Shown piece by piece: positions 37,952 to 48,938 of a stretch of 64,000 nt of DNA. Numbering within the stretch: position 1 is the first letter of the stretch; each line of letters starts with the position of its first letter. This DNA comes from Acidimicrobiia bacterium (GTDB lineage Bacteria; Actinomycetota; Acidimicrobiia; Spongiisociales; UBA5794). The stretch lies in contig JBPCMS010000078.1 of the NCBI GenBank assembly GCA_051002015.1, positions 1,564 through 65,563 on the forward strand, written 5' to 3'. The position numbers and the translations under genes were made by a program. The notes beneath the pieces were generated by a model. It had not been told where the DNA came from and made no database searches. It saw nothing but the letters and a program-made list of their open reading frames with translations.

Positions 37952-38963
37952 TCCCGCCGGCGGTCCGATCATCCTCGGGATCGAGACCAGCTGCGACGAG
38001 ACCGCGGTCGGGGTGGTCTCGGGAATGCGGATGCTCTCGTCGGTGCTGTCCAGCCAGGTCGACGCCCACGCCCGCTTCGGCGGGGTGGTCCCCGAGGTGG
38101 CGGCACGGGCCCACATCGAGGCGATCCGTCCCCTGGTCCACGACGCCCTGCGCCAGGCGGGGATCCACCAGGCCCAGCTGGATGCCATCGCCGCCACCCA
38201 GGGCCCGGGTCTGGTCGGCTCGCTCGTGGTCGGGTTCGGGTTCGCCAAGGCCTTCGCCTGGAGCCTGGGCAAACCCTTCCTGGCGATCGACCACATGGAG
38301 GGTCATCTCTTTGCCCCCCGGCTCGAGCACGCCGGGTACCAGCCTCCCGCCGTCGTCCTCCTCGCCTCGGGTGGGCACAGCCAGATCATCCACGTTCCCG
38401 AGTGGGGAAGCTACGAGGAGATGGGCAGGACCATCGACGACGCCGCCGGCGAGGCGTTCGACAAGCTGGCGCGGTTCATGGGTCTGGGCTATCCCGGGGG
38501 ACCGGTCATCGACCGCATCTCCGCCGCCGGGGACCCGACCGCCATCGCCTTCCCCAGGGCGCTGCGGGACCGGCCCTTCGACCTGTCGTTCTCCGGGCTG
38601 AAGACGTCGGTGACCACCTACCTGACCAGGGCCAAGCAGGCGGGCGAGCTGCCTGCGGTCGAGGACGTCGCCGCCTCGATCCAGGAGGCGATCGTCGATG
38701 TGCTGGTCGAGAAGACCTTCAACGCGGTCGAGGCCATCGGGGCCGGGACGGTGGCCGGTGGGGGAGGGGTGCTGGCCAACACCAGGCTGCGGCAACGACT
38801 CGCCGAGGAGGCCGCAGACCGTGGGGTCGAGCTGTACCTGCCGGCACCGTCGCTGTGCACCGACAACGGGGCGATGATCGCCGCCGCCGCCTCCTTCCGG
38901 CTGGGCCGGGGGGCCCGGTCGGGATGGGGAGCGGACGTCGACCCAGGGCTCCGTCTCGGCTGA
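37944..38963 (+). CDS. tsaD: tRNA N6-adenosine threonylcarbamoyltransferase TsaD
   Basis: [16 protein letters not shown]...HMEGHL...GGHSQ...SFSGLKT...GGVLAN. TTG start. Confidence 0.95.
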   Translation: MADPAGGPIILGIETSCDETAVGVVSGMRMLSSVLSSQVDAHARFGGVVPEVAARAHIEAIRPLVHDALRQAGIHQAQLDAIAATQGPGLVGSLVVGFGFAKAFAWSLGKPFLAIDHMEGHLFAPRLEHAGYQPPAVVLLASGGHSQIIHVPEWGSYEEMGRTIDDAAGEAFDKLARFMGLGYPGGPVIDRISAAGDPTAIAFPRALRDRPFDLSFSGLKTSVTTYLTRAKQAGELPAVEDVAASIQEAIVDVLVEKTFNAVEAIGAGTVAGGGGVLANTRLRQRLAEEAADRGVELYLPAPSLCTDNGAMIAAAASFRLGRGARSGWGADVDPGLRLG

Positions 38964-38993
38964 GCGGCGGCCGGCAGACAAGGGCAGGATCCG

Positions 38994-39020
38994 TTAGCAG
39001 TCTGGCTCGACGAGTGCTAC
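38994..39020 (+). promoter_or_regulatory. CIRCE operator (HrcA site) 1
   Basis: TTAGCAGTC-N9-GAGTGCTAC compared with the consensus TTAGCACTC-N9-GAGTGCTAA. Confidence 0.85.
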
Positions 39021-39023
39021 ACT

Positions 39024-39050
39024 CTGGCATTCGCAGGCGCCGACTGCTAA
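39024..39050 (+). promoter_or_regulatory. degenerate second CIRCE-like inverted repeat
   Basis: CTGGCATTC-N9-GACTGCTAA. The right half matches 8/9, the left half is weaker. Confidence 0.5.
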
Positions 39051-39082
39051 CTCATCGGCGCTTACTGTCAGGAGGAGTCAAC

Positions 39083-41028
<1,946 letters not shown>

Positions 41029-41075
41029 GGTCGCCCCGGCGGCGGGCAGAAGCCGGCCGACGATATCTCGTTGAC

Positions 41076-41107
41076 GATGAGGGGGCTCCCCGGAGAGCCC
41101 CCTCATC
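41076..41107. terminator. 13-bp perfect GC-rich hairpin between convergent groEL and the GerMN-like gene
   Basis: GATGAGGGGGCTC-cccgga-GAGCCCCCTCATC. There is no clear U-tract (I-shaped type). Confidence 0.6.
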
Positions 41108-41129
41108 GCGTCCCGGGTAGGAAGGGCGC

Positions 41130-41888
41130 TCAGCCTTCGGCGGCCCAGGCGGCGACCTGACGCTCCCACTCCCCGCGGGTGATCGTGACACAGTCGGTTC
41201 CCATCAGCGCCCAAAACGACTGGCAGCTTCCCCCCAACCGGTACTCGACCGCGGTCACCGAGCCGAACTGGAACGCGGTGGCGTTGAGGCTGGCGACCAA
41301 GGCGTTGGCAACGGTCGGCTGGTCGAGGCCTTCGAGGGCTTCGAGCCCGACGAAGTCGATGAAGGCGGTGCCGTCCGAGTCGATGGTGGCACCGCCGAAC
41401 ACTCCGCTGGAGGCCTCGGAGAACACCGAGGTGAACCCGATCTCCCGCTCTCGCTGGTCTGGCCCCTTCACCATCTCGGTCAGGGTGGCATTCATCACCA
41501 GCTGTGTGGCGGGGACGGTGCGGAACACGTTCCCGGTGACGTCTGGTATCGGACCGGAGCCGCAGGTGTAGAACACCATGACCACCGTGCCCTGCGGGTT
41601 GCGGGGGCCGGGCTCCTGGCAGCCGCCCGGGATGACACCGTCGACCGCCTCGGCCGGTGGGACCGCGGTGTCGGTAACCGGGGGAGCGACCGAGGTGTCG
41701 GACGGGGTGGTGGTTCCCGTCGGTCCGAGGGTCGTGGTGGTGGCGAACTCGTGGGCGCGGGCGGCGATCCGTTCCGGGTCCGGAGGGCGCAGGACCCGGA
41801 GGAAGCTGGTGAGGACCACGAGGGCGAGCACCATCGTCACCGCGGTGATCAGCAGGCCTTGGAGGATCTGGAGGGTTCGCGGGCTCAT
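41130..41888 (-). CDS. membrane-anchored GerMN-domain-like protein (tentative)
   Basis: N-terminal TM (LLITAVTMVLALVVL), a Thr/Pro linker, then VFYTCG...LTEMVKGP...GFTSVF. The product name is tentative. Confidence 0.5.
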   Translation of the reverse strand: MSPRTLQILQGLLITAVTMVLALVVLTSFLRVLRPPDPERIAARAHEFATTTTLGPTGTTTPSDTSVAPPVTDTAVPPAEAVDGVIPGGCQEPGPRNPQGTVVMVFYTCGSGPIPDVTGNVFRTVPATQLVMNATLTEMVKGPDQREREIGFTSVFSEASSGVFGGATIDSDGTAFIDFVGLEALEGLDQPTVANALVASLNATAFQFGSVTAVEYRLGGSCQSFWALMGTDCVTITRGEWERQVAAWAAEG

Positions 41889-41953
41889 GGGCGTTTCGGA
41901 TGAGGAACGCTCCGGATCCCGTCAAGGGTTCCGGAGCCTGGCCGCCGGGAACG

Positions 41954-42559
41954 TTAGCGGCGACCGCGGCGACGCCACTCACCTTCGAGCATCCCCCACA
42001 CCGTGTGGTCGAGCCAGGTGGATCCGACCTTCACCTCGTCGCGCAGGGTGCCCTCCAGCAGGAACCCGAGCTTCTCGGCCACCCGCTCGGAGGCGTGGTT
42101 GCCGACGGCGATGCGCAGGGCGATGCGGTGCAGATCGAGCTCGTCGAACCCGTAGCGCAGCACCCTGCCCGCCGCCTCGGTGCACACCCCGCGTCCGGTC
42201 AGATCGCTGCGCACCCAGTACCCGATCTCGCCCACCATGTTGGCCCGGGAGGTGTACCAGATCGAGATGCCACCAAGATGCCGACCCGGGTCGGCCGGAC
42301 CCATCCCGTCGTCCGAGCCGGGGCGGTCCAGCTGCCTGATGGTGAAGTCGTATGCCCTGCCTTCCTGCCACGCAGTCTGGGACTCGCGCACGAAGTGGAC
42401 GGCCGACCCACGGTTGTAACCGGTGGCCCAGGGGAGCCAGGGGACCAGATCGGGCAACGAGGCGAGGACCGCGTCGTGGATCGACATCACATCGCGGCGC
42501 CGGTAGGGGCGGAGCAGGAGGCGGGCGGTCTCCAGCACGAGACTCGACGGTACTGCCAT
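41954..42559 (-). CDS. GNAT family N-acetyltransferase (RimJ/RimL-like)
   Basis: LETARLLLRPY...IGYWVRSDLTGRGVCTEAAGRVLRYGFDELDLHRIALRIAVGNHASERVAEKLGF. Confidence 0.85.
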   Translation of the reverse strand: MAVPSSLVLETARLLLRPYRRRDVMSIHDAVLASLPDLVPWLPWATGYNRGSAVHFVRESQTAWQEGRAYDFTIRQLDRPGSDDGMGPADPGRHLGGISIWYTSRANMVGEIGYWVRSDLTGRGVCTEAAGRVLRYGFDELDLHRIALRIAVGNHASERVAEKLGFLLEGTLRDEVKVGSTWLDHTVWGMLEGEWRRRGRR

Positions 42560-43160
42560 GGCTGAGCAGATTATCGGCGCCACCGCTCCCGTATCCTCGG
42601 TTTCGATGCTCGATGTCTGGACCCGCCTGTCGGCGCTGCCACCGGTCTCCGATACCGACAGCGCCGTGTCGGCGGTGTTGGTGCCGCTCTACGCCGACGG
42701 GCACGGCGACACCAGGGTGATCCTCACCAAGCGGCCCGATGCCATGCGGACCCATCCCGGCGACGTCGTCTTCCCCGGGGGCCGGATCGAATCGGGGGAG
42801 AGCCCGGTTGAGACGGCGGCGCGGGAGGCGTGGGAGGAGATAGCCCTACCCGCCGAAACGGTCCGGGTCCTCGGCGGGCTGTCGCCCGTCACCACCAGGG
42901 ACCTCACCAACTGGATCGTCCCCGTGGTGGCGAGGATCGATTGGCCCGTCGTGCTCCGCCCCGACCCGGCCGAGGTCGAGGCCATTCTCAAGCCGACCCT
43001 GACCGATCTGCTCGACGAGAGCCGGTGGCACACCTCGGACTGGATGGGTGCCCAACTCTGGTTCTACCAGTTCGCCGAGGGCACCCTGTGGGGAGCGACC
43101 GCCTTCATCGTCCGCCAGCTCCTCGGTTTCCTGCGGCATGGCGAGGGGCGGGGAGCCTGA
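42558..43160 (+). CDS. NUDIX hydrolase (CoA pyrophosphatase-like)
   Basis: FPGGRIESGESPVETAAREAWEEIAL Nudix box. An alternative start is the ATG at 42606. Confidence 0.8.
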   Translation: MAEQIIGATAPVSSVSMLDVWTRLSALPPVSDTDSAVSAVLVPLYADGHGDTRVILTKRPDAMRTHPGDVVFPGGRIESGESPVETAAREAWEEIALPAETVRVLGGLSPVTTRDLTNWIVPVVARIDWPVVLRPDPAEVEAILKPTLTDLLDESRWHTSDWMGAQLWFYQFAEGTLWGATAFIVRQLLGFLRHGEGRGA

Positions 43161-43165
43161 GCCCC

Positions 43166-44545
43166 TCAGGAGGACCGGTCGATCAACTCCCATAGGGCGT
43201 CGGTGTGGCGCTGCTCGGTGGTGGTCGAGCCGATGGCGACCCGGATGAAGGTGCGCTCGCCGAGCCGTGACGGGGTGACGTGGAACCGGCCGGAGCCGTT
43301 GATGGCGGCGACCACGGCGTCGGTGGCGGCGTCGCCGGCAACATGGCGGAAGCTCACCAAGCCGAAGGTGGTCGGAGCCACCAGTTCGAGCCGCCGGTCG
43401 GCCTCGACCCGTCCGGTCAGCCGCTGCGCCATCTCGATGTGCCGCTGCACGTGGTGTCTGATCCCCTCGGCGCCGTAGCTGCGCAGCACGAACCACAGCT
43501 TGAGCGCCCGGAACCTGCGGCCGAGGGGGACATGCCAGTTGCGGTAGTCGATCACCTTGGCGGTGTCCGTCGCCTTGTTGCGCAGGTACGGCGGGGTGAT
43601 CGACAACGTGTCGAGCAGGGGGCGCCGATCGGCCACCCAGAACACCGAGCAGTCGAAGTTGGTGAACATCCACTTGTGCGGGTTGAAGACGTAGCTGTCG
43701 ACCAGCTCGAGCCCGTCCTGGTGGTGGCGGAACTCGGGGAGGATCATGGCGGTCCCGGCGTAGGCGGCGTCGACGTGATGCCACATGCCGTGTTGCCTGG
43801 CGATGCCGGCGATGGCGCCCACCGGGTCGACCGCCGTGGTCCCGGTGGTCCCCACCGTCGAGCACACGAACCCAGGGGTGAGCCTGTGGGCGATGTCGGC
43901 GGCGACCGCCGCTTCCAAGGCATCCGGGTCCATGGCGTAGACGGCGTCGACGTCGATCAGCCGGAGATGCCGGTAGCCGGCCACCCTCGCCCCCTTCTCC
44001 ACGGAAGAGTGCGCCTGCTGGGAGGCGTACGCCACCAGATCGGCCGGGTCGGCCGAGGCACCAATCCGGTGGCGGGCAACCACCAGTGCGGTGTGGGTCG
44101 AGTCCGATGCGCTCATCTGGATGACGCCCCCGCCCGGGCCGTCGGTGCGCCACCCGGCAGGGACGCCGAGCAGCTCGACCAGCCAGTCGAGCACCGCGGT
44201 CTCGATCTCGGTGCAGGCGGGGCTGGTCGCCCACAGCATCCCCTGCTGGCCTAGCCCGGTCGACACCAGGTCGCCGAGGATCCCGGCCCCGGAGCCGTTG
44301 GCGGGGAAGTAACCGAACCAGCCGGGTGCCTGCCAATGGACGAGACCTGGCATGACGATCTCGTCGAGGTCGGCCAGGATCGCACCGAACGGCTCCGGGG
44401 ACTCCGGCGCCCTCTCGGGGAGCCTGTCCCTGATGGCGCCCGGCCGGATGTCTGGGGTGATCGGGTGCGTCTCGACGTCCGCCATGTAGTCCGCCAGCCA
44501 GTCGATGACGGCGTGGCCATTGCGGCGGAAGTCCTCGGGGGACAT
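43166..44545 (-). CDS. PLP-dependent aromatic-L-amino-acid/group II decarboxylase
   Basis: HWQAPGWFGYFPAN...SASDSTHTAL...HVDAAYAG...FNPHKW (PLP lysine). The ATG at 44545 is preferred. The ORF-track start at 44620 lies in the palindromic element. Confidence 0.85.
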   Translation of the reverse strand: MSPEDFRRNGHAVIDWLADYMADVETHPITPDIRPGAIRDRLPERAPESPEPFGAILADLDEIVMPGLVHWQAPGWFGYFPANGSGAGILGDLVSTGLGQQGMLWATSPACTEIETAVLDWLVELLGVPAGWRTDGPGGGVIQMSASDSTHTALVVARHRIGASADPADLVAYASQQAHSSVEKGARVAGYRHLRLIDVDAVYAMDPDALEAAVAADIAHRLTPGFVCSTVGTTGTTAVDPVGAIAGIARQHGMWHHVDAAYAGTAMILPEFRHHQDGLELVDSYVFNPHKWMFTNFDCSVFWVADRRPLLDTLSITPPYLRNKATDTAKVIDYRNWHVPLGRRFRALKLWFVLRSYGAEGIRHHVQRHIEMAQRLTGRVEADRRLELVAPTTFGLVSFRHVAGDAATDAVVAAINGSGRFHVTPSRLGERTFIRVAIGSTTTEQRHTDALWELIDRSS

Positions 44546-44599
44546 GTGGTATCCGGGCTCGGTCACGCCGATCACCCTAGAGCCCGACCACCCATCCCG

Positions 44600-44649
44600 T
44601 TTCTTAGGACGAAAACGCATCGGTCGCGACGCGTTTGGGTCCTAAGAAA
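44600..44649. repeat. palindromic repeat element, copy B (17/19 paired arms, 12-nt spacer)
   Basis: TTTCTTAGGACGAAAACGC-atcggtcgcgac-GCGTTTGGGTCCTAAGAAA. It lies between divergent genes. Confidence 0.9.
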
Positions 44650-44732
44650 ATCGTTGGTGTGGGGTCGGGCCGGGTACCGGGTGGGGAGCGTCGAGCCGGT
44701 AACGTCGCCGGCGAGCTGCGAGCGGAGGTGTC

Positions 44733-45527
44733 GTGGAGGATCTGAAGGGCCGGGTGGCGGTGGTCACCGGGGGAGCGAGCGGGATCGGGCGCGCCCTGGT
44801 CGAGCGGTTCGCCGCCGAGGGGATGAGGGTGGTCGCCGCAGACATCGACGGCGACGCCATTGCCGCCGTGGCGGTCGCCACCGGGGCCACCGGGCGCCGG
44901 TTGGATGTGTCCGACGGTCCGGCGACGGCCACGCTGGTGGCCGAGGTCGAGGACACCCTCGGTCCCGTCGATCTGTTCTGTATGAACGCCGGCATCGCCA
45001 CCGCCGGCGGGGTCGAGCTGTCCGACACCGACTGGCAACGGACCTGGGACGTCAACGTGATGGCACACGTCTACGCCGCCCGCGCCGTGCTCCCCTCGAT
45101 GCTGGCCAGGGGCGAGGGCCATCTGCTCCACACCGCGTCCGCCGCCGGGCTGCTCACCAACATCGGGGCGGCCGCCTATGCGGTGACCAAGCACGCCGTC
45201 GTCGCCCTGGCCGAGTGGCTCTCGGTGACCTACGGCGACCAGGGCATCAAGGTCTCGTGCCTGTGTCCCCAGTTCGTGTCGACCCCGATGCTCGGCGCCT
45301 TCGATGCCGGCGGCGACATGCGGCGGTGGGTCGACGGGCTGGCGGTGACCACGGAACAGGTGGCGGACGCCGTCGTCGACGGGCTGCTCGCCGGCCGCTT
45401 CCTCATCCTGCCCCACCCCGAGGTCGGCGACTACTACGCCGCCAAGGCGGCAGACCCCGAACGCTGGCTGGGCGGGATGCGCAAGCTCCAGGCCAGGCTC
45501 AACTATCAGCCGCCACCCCTGGGGTGA
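44733..45527 (+). CDS. short-chain dehydrogenase/reductase (SDR)
   Basis: VAVVTGGASGIGRAL...NAG...YAVTKHAV (YxxxK). GTG start. Confidence 0.88.
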   Translation: MEDLKGRVAVVTGGASGIGRALVERFAAEGMRVVAADIDGDAIAAVAVATGATGRRLDVSDGPATATLVAEVEDTLGPVDLFCMNAGIATAGGVELSDTDWQRTWDVNVMAHVYAARAVLPSMLARGEGHLLHTASAAGLLTNIGAAAYAVTKHAVVALAEWLSVTYGDQGIKVSCLCPQFVSTPMLGAFDAGGDMRRWVDGLAVTTEQVADAVVDGLLAGRFLILPHPEVGDYYAAKAADPERWLGGMRKLQARLNYQPPPLG

Positions 45528-45558
45528 TGTCCCTCCATTCGGATCGTCGGTTGACCGC

Positions 45559-46044
45559 TCAGGTGACCCCCCGTTGGGTGGCCGCCAGCAGGTAGCCGGT
45601 GGCCCGTTCGGTCAGCTCGTACCGTCCCGCCAGCCGCTCGAACTCGGGACCGTGGTGGGGGACCACGAGGTGGGCGAGCTCGTGGACCAGCACCGAGTCG
45701 AGCACCCATGGGGGCATGCCGGCCAAGCGGTCGGAGATGTGGATGCCGTCGGTGGAGGGTGAGCACGAACCCCAGCGTCTCAGCTGGCGAGTCGACCACT
45801 CGATGCTGGCTGGCTTCGGCAGGTCGTAGCGCCGGGCCAGGTGGGCGGCTCTCACCGCCAGGTCGATGCGGCCCGCCGATGCCTTGGCGGTGACCTTGGC
45901 CACGATGGCGTCGACCTTCCGTTGCTCCTCGTGGCGGGGGAGCCCGGCGGGGACCGACACCCGGACCGTGCCATCGACGATCTGGGCCTGGATGGTCCGG
46001 GTGCGGCGGTTGCTGCGGATGATCTGTACGGGCAGCGTGTTCAT
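45559..46044 (-). CDS. M48-family/YgjP-like (DUF45) zinc metallopeptidase
   Basis: WGSCS...I.I..RL...P..VLDSVLVHELAHLVVPHHGPEF. Confidence 0.75.
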   Translation of the reverse strand: MNTLPVQIIRSNRRTRTIQAQIVDGTVRVSVPAGLPRHEEQRKVDAIVAKVTAKASAGRIDLAVRAAHLARRYDLPKPASIEWSTRQLRRWGSCSPSTDGIHISDRLAGMPPWVLDSVLVHELAHLVVPHHGPEFERLAGRYELTERATGYLLAATQRGVT

Positions 46045-46111
46045 GGCCACATCGTACGAGGGGGGTGCGACAAGAACCGGCACCTCCGGAGTCGAGGTGG
46101 GAAAAACGGGG

Positions 46112-47215
46112 CTAGCCAGACCGGAGCGCCCGCTCCACCTCGAAGCGCACCTGGAAGTCCGGGTCGTCTCGATGGGCAGCGATGGCGTCCCGGCTCGGAT
46201 CCACCCCCAACTCGCTCAGGGCGCGCACCGCCTTCCATCGCACCCAGGCATCGTTGGCGGCCAGGGCTCGCTCGAACAGGGGACGCAGACCCTCATCGCC
46301 GGTGCCGGCGGCGGCGTCGATGGCGGTGCGCCGCACCACCGCCGAGCGATCCCGCCATCCCGCCTCCACCGCCTCCCTCCGCATCGCAGGGTCGCCGGAC
46401 TCGGCCAGCACCGCGACCGCCACCCGCCGCACCGCGTTGGCCCGATCGGCGAGGGCGGTGACCAGCCGCTCCCGGTGATCGGGTCGGTCCGGATCGAGCA
46501 AGTGAAGCTCGGCCGGTGAGGCGGTGTGCGATCGCCCGCCCTCGCCGAGCATCTCGTCGCGGGTCATCGCCGGGGTCTGCGCCCGGTCCGAGGCGGGGAA
46601 CAGGGCGGTGAGCCGGGCCAGGATGGCGTCGAGCCTGTCCTCCCACGACAACCCGGCTGCAAGACCCACCGTGACGAAGTCGCCGGCGACCATCACGTCG
46701 GAGACGTCCGGGTCGTCGAACAACGCCGCCACCCTGGGATCGTCTGGCGGCTCGGGATCGGTCCTGCGGTACCACACCCCAGGGGCGGGCTCGCCCCCGG
46801 TGACAAACCGGACCTTGCGCGGGTGCGGTGTCGGCTCGGGGACGACGGGGCCCTCGAACACCCGGTCGAACACGGACGGGGCCGCCTTCGCTCCACCCCC
46901 GGTGACCGACAGCAGGTAGCGGCCGGCGGCGATCCCGTGGGTCATCCGGAGCCCGCCGCCACCGAGGTCGTGCTCCCACCATCCCTCGGTCATGTGCGGC
47001 CGGACCAGCCGATCGAGCTCGGCGGCGTGTTCCTCCGTCCAGATCTGGGTTGAGAAGAACCGCTTGAGCAGGGTCTTGAAGGCACCGAGATCCTCGAAGG
47101 GGACATGGACGGCGACCTCGCCGGTGAGGTGCCCCGACGCCTCCGCCACCAGCCCGGAGGCGGCGACGGCGGCGCGGGATGCATCCAGATCCGGGGGAGG
47201 GGCCGCAACCGTCAT
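46112..47215 (-). CDS. uncharacterised protein: central Nfu_N-like module plus C-terminal HEAT-like repeats
   Basis: DVMVAGDFVTVGL...WEDRLDAILARL is Nfu/NifU-N-like. The C-terminus has repeated D..VRR.A...L / VRWKAVRAL / D.QVRFEVERAL helices. ATGA overlap with the cimA stop. Confidence 0.55.
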   Translation of the reverse strand: MTVAAPPPDLDASRAAVAASGLVAEASGHLTGEVAVHVPFEDLGAFKTLLKRFFSTQIWTEEHAAELDRLVRPHMTEGWWEHDLGGGGLRMTHGIAAGRYLLSVTGGGAKAAPSVFDRVFEGPVVPEPTPHPRKVRFVTGGEPAPGVWYRRTDPEPPDDPRVAALFDDPDVSDVMVAGDFVTVGLAAGLSWEDRLDAILARLTALFPASDRAQTPAMTRDEMLGEGGRSHTASPAELHLLDPDRPDHRERLVTALADRANAVRRVAVAVLAESGDPAMRREAVEAGWRDRSAVVRRTAIDAAAGTGDEGLRPLFERALAANDAWVRWKAVRALSELGVDPSRDAIAAHRDDPDFQVRFEVERALRSG

Positions 47216-48814
47216 ACCAATGGTGCCGACCCTATCCCCTCGGTGAGGCGGATCAGCCCGACCAGCAGCCCGTCGACCAGGGCGATCCAGGAGGCGTCGA
47301 TGATGTTCTCGTGGACACCGACGCTGCCCCAGCATTCCTCGCCGTCGCTGTGCTCCACCAGGACCCGCACCCGCGCCGACGAGCCGTCCCGGGAGTCGAG
47401 GTCGCGCACCCGGTAGTCGGTGAGCCGAACCCGGTCGATCTCGGGGTAGCGGGTGCGCAGCCCGGCCCGCAGTGCCCGGTCCAGCGCCGACACCGGCCCG
47501 TCGCCCTCCCGGGTGGTGACGTGCCGCTCGTCGCCCACCATCAGCTTGACGGTCGCCTCCGCCTGGACCTCGTCCTGGCGGTGCTCGATGAACACCCGGT
47601 ACGACTCGAGGGTGAAGAAGTCCTGCTTCCATCCCTGGGCCTGGCGGAGCAGCAGCTCGAAGGATCCGTCTGCGGCCTCGAACTGGTAGCCGAGATGCTC
47701 GAGCTGCTTGATCCGGTCGACCACCGCCTGGGCGTCCCGTTCGGTGAGGTCGAGACCCTGGCTGCGCGCCTTGGCCAGTACGGTGGACCGTCCCGCCAGC
47801 TCGGACACCACGACCCTGGTGGCGTTGCCCACCGCGCCGGGGGAGAGATGCTCGTAGGCGTCCGCCCGTTTCGCCAGCGCAGACGCGTGCAGCCCCGCCT
47901 TGTGGGTGAAGGCCGACCCACCAACATAGGGGCGGTGGGGATCAAGCGTCAGGTTCACCAGATCGGCGACGTGATGCGACACCCTGGTCAGCTTGGCCAT
48001 GCGGTCGTCCGGGATCGTCCGGTAGCCCATCTTCAGGGTCAGGTTCGGGATCACCGAGCACAGGTCGGCGTTGCCGGTCCGCTCGCCGTAGCCGTTGAGG
48101 CACCCCTGCACCTGGTGCACGCCAACCAGGACCGCGGTGATCGAGTTGGCCACCGCCATGGCCGAGTCGTTGTGGAAGTGGCAGCCGAAGGTCGCCTCGG
48201 GGAGCCGGGCGAGCACCTCGGAAACGATGCGTCCGACCGCATGGGGGAGGAACCCGCCGTTGGTGTCGCACAGCACCAGCCGCTCGGCCCCTGCGTTGTG
48301 GGCGGCCTCGAGCACCGACACCGCGAAGCCGGGGTTGGCCCGGTACCCGTCAAAGAAGTGCTCGGCGTCGAAGAACACCCGGCGCCCCTGGGAGCGGAGA
48401 TGGGCGATGGAGCCGGCCACCATCGCCCTCGCCTCGACGGGTGTGGTGCGAAAGCGCATGCTCGACATGGGAGTCCCACGATTTGCCAACCAGGCAGATC
48501 ACCTCGGTCTCGGCGGCCAGCAGGGCGGCGAGCTGCTTGTCGTGCTCGGGGCGGATCCCGGACTTTCGGGTCGACCCGAAGGCGACCATGGTGGCGGTGC
48601 CCAGGTCGAGCTCGGTCCTGGCCCTGGTGAAGAACTCGTCGTCCTTGGGGTTGGCGCCGGGCCAGCCCCCCTCGATGTAGGCGACGCCGAGCTCGTCGAG
48701 CAGACGTGCCACCCGAAGCTTGTCTCCCGCCGTCAGCGAGATCCCCTCCTGCTGGGTGCCGTCACGGAGCGTGGTGTCATAGATCTCGACGTACGGTCGT
48801 TCCTGGTTGCTCAT
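47212..48814 (-). pseudogene. cimA: (R)-citramalate synthase (long IPMS/CimA family) interrupted by a single-base frameshift near 48451-48453
   Basis: The N-part ORF ([27 protein letters not shown]...[10 protein letters not shown]...[13 protein letters not shown]) and the C-part ORF ([18 protein letters not shown]...[10 protein letters not shown]...CHFHNDSAMAVAN...) are in different frames. Total length is 3n+1. AGAGGAA RBS. Confidence 0.8.
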
Positions 48815-48846
48815 GGTTCCTCTGGGGGTGATGGGTCGGGCCCGGT

Positions 48847-48938
48847 AAACGGAAGACCCCCCGCACGAGCGGAGGGTCGAGGGCGGCGCACACACCGATC
48901 GGTGGCGTGTGCGCCTACGGAATGATGATGTCGAGCAT
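48847..48938 (-). promoter_or_regulatory. candidate Ile-sensing attenuator: leader peptide MLDIIIP, a 12-bp hairpin, and a terminator hairpin with UUCCGUUU
   Basis: On the minus strand: ATG CTC GAC ATC ATC ATT CCG TAG (48938-48915). GGCGCACACGCC...GGTGTGTGCGCC (48915-48885). GACCCTCCGC-tcgt-GCGGGGGGTC-TTCCGTTT (48878-48847). It ends 32 nt before the cimA ATG. Confidence 0.5.

Noticed and set aside
42557-42560. Back-to-back overlapping start codons (CATG) of the divergent GNAT and NUDIX genes, which could be a special regulatory arrangement.
   Set aside because: Both starts are uncertain; the NUDIX gene has an in-frame ATG at 42606. The overlap probably just reflects the choice of the longest ORF.
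48440-48465. Programmed +1 ribosomal frameshifting in cimA at CUU_U, by analogy with prfB.
   Set aside because: There is no in-frame stop or rare codon in the A site, and no SD-like stimulator at the right distance. A sequencing indel or a recent mutation is more parsimonious. It is kept only as a remark in the frameshift finding.
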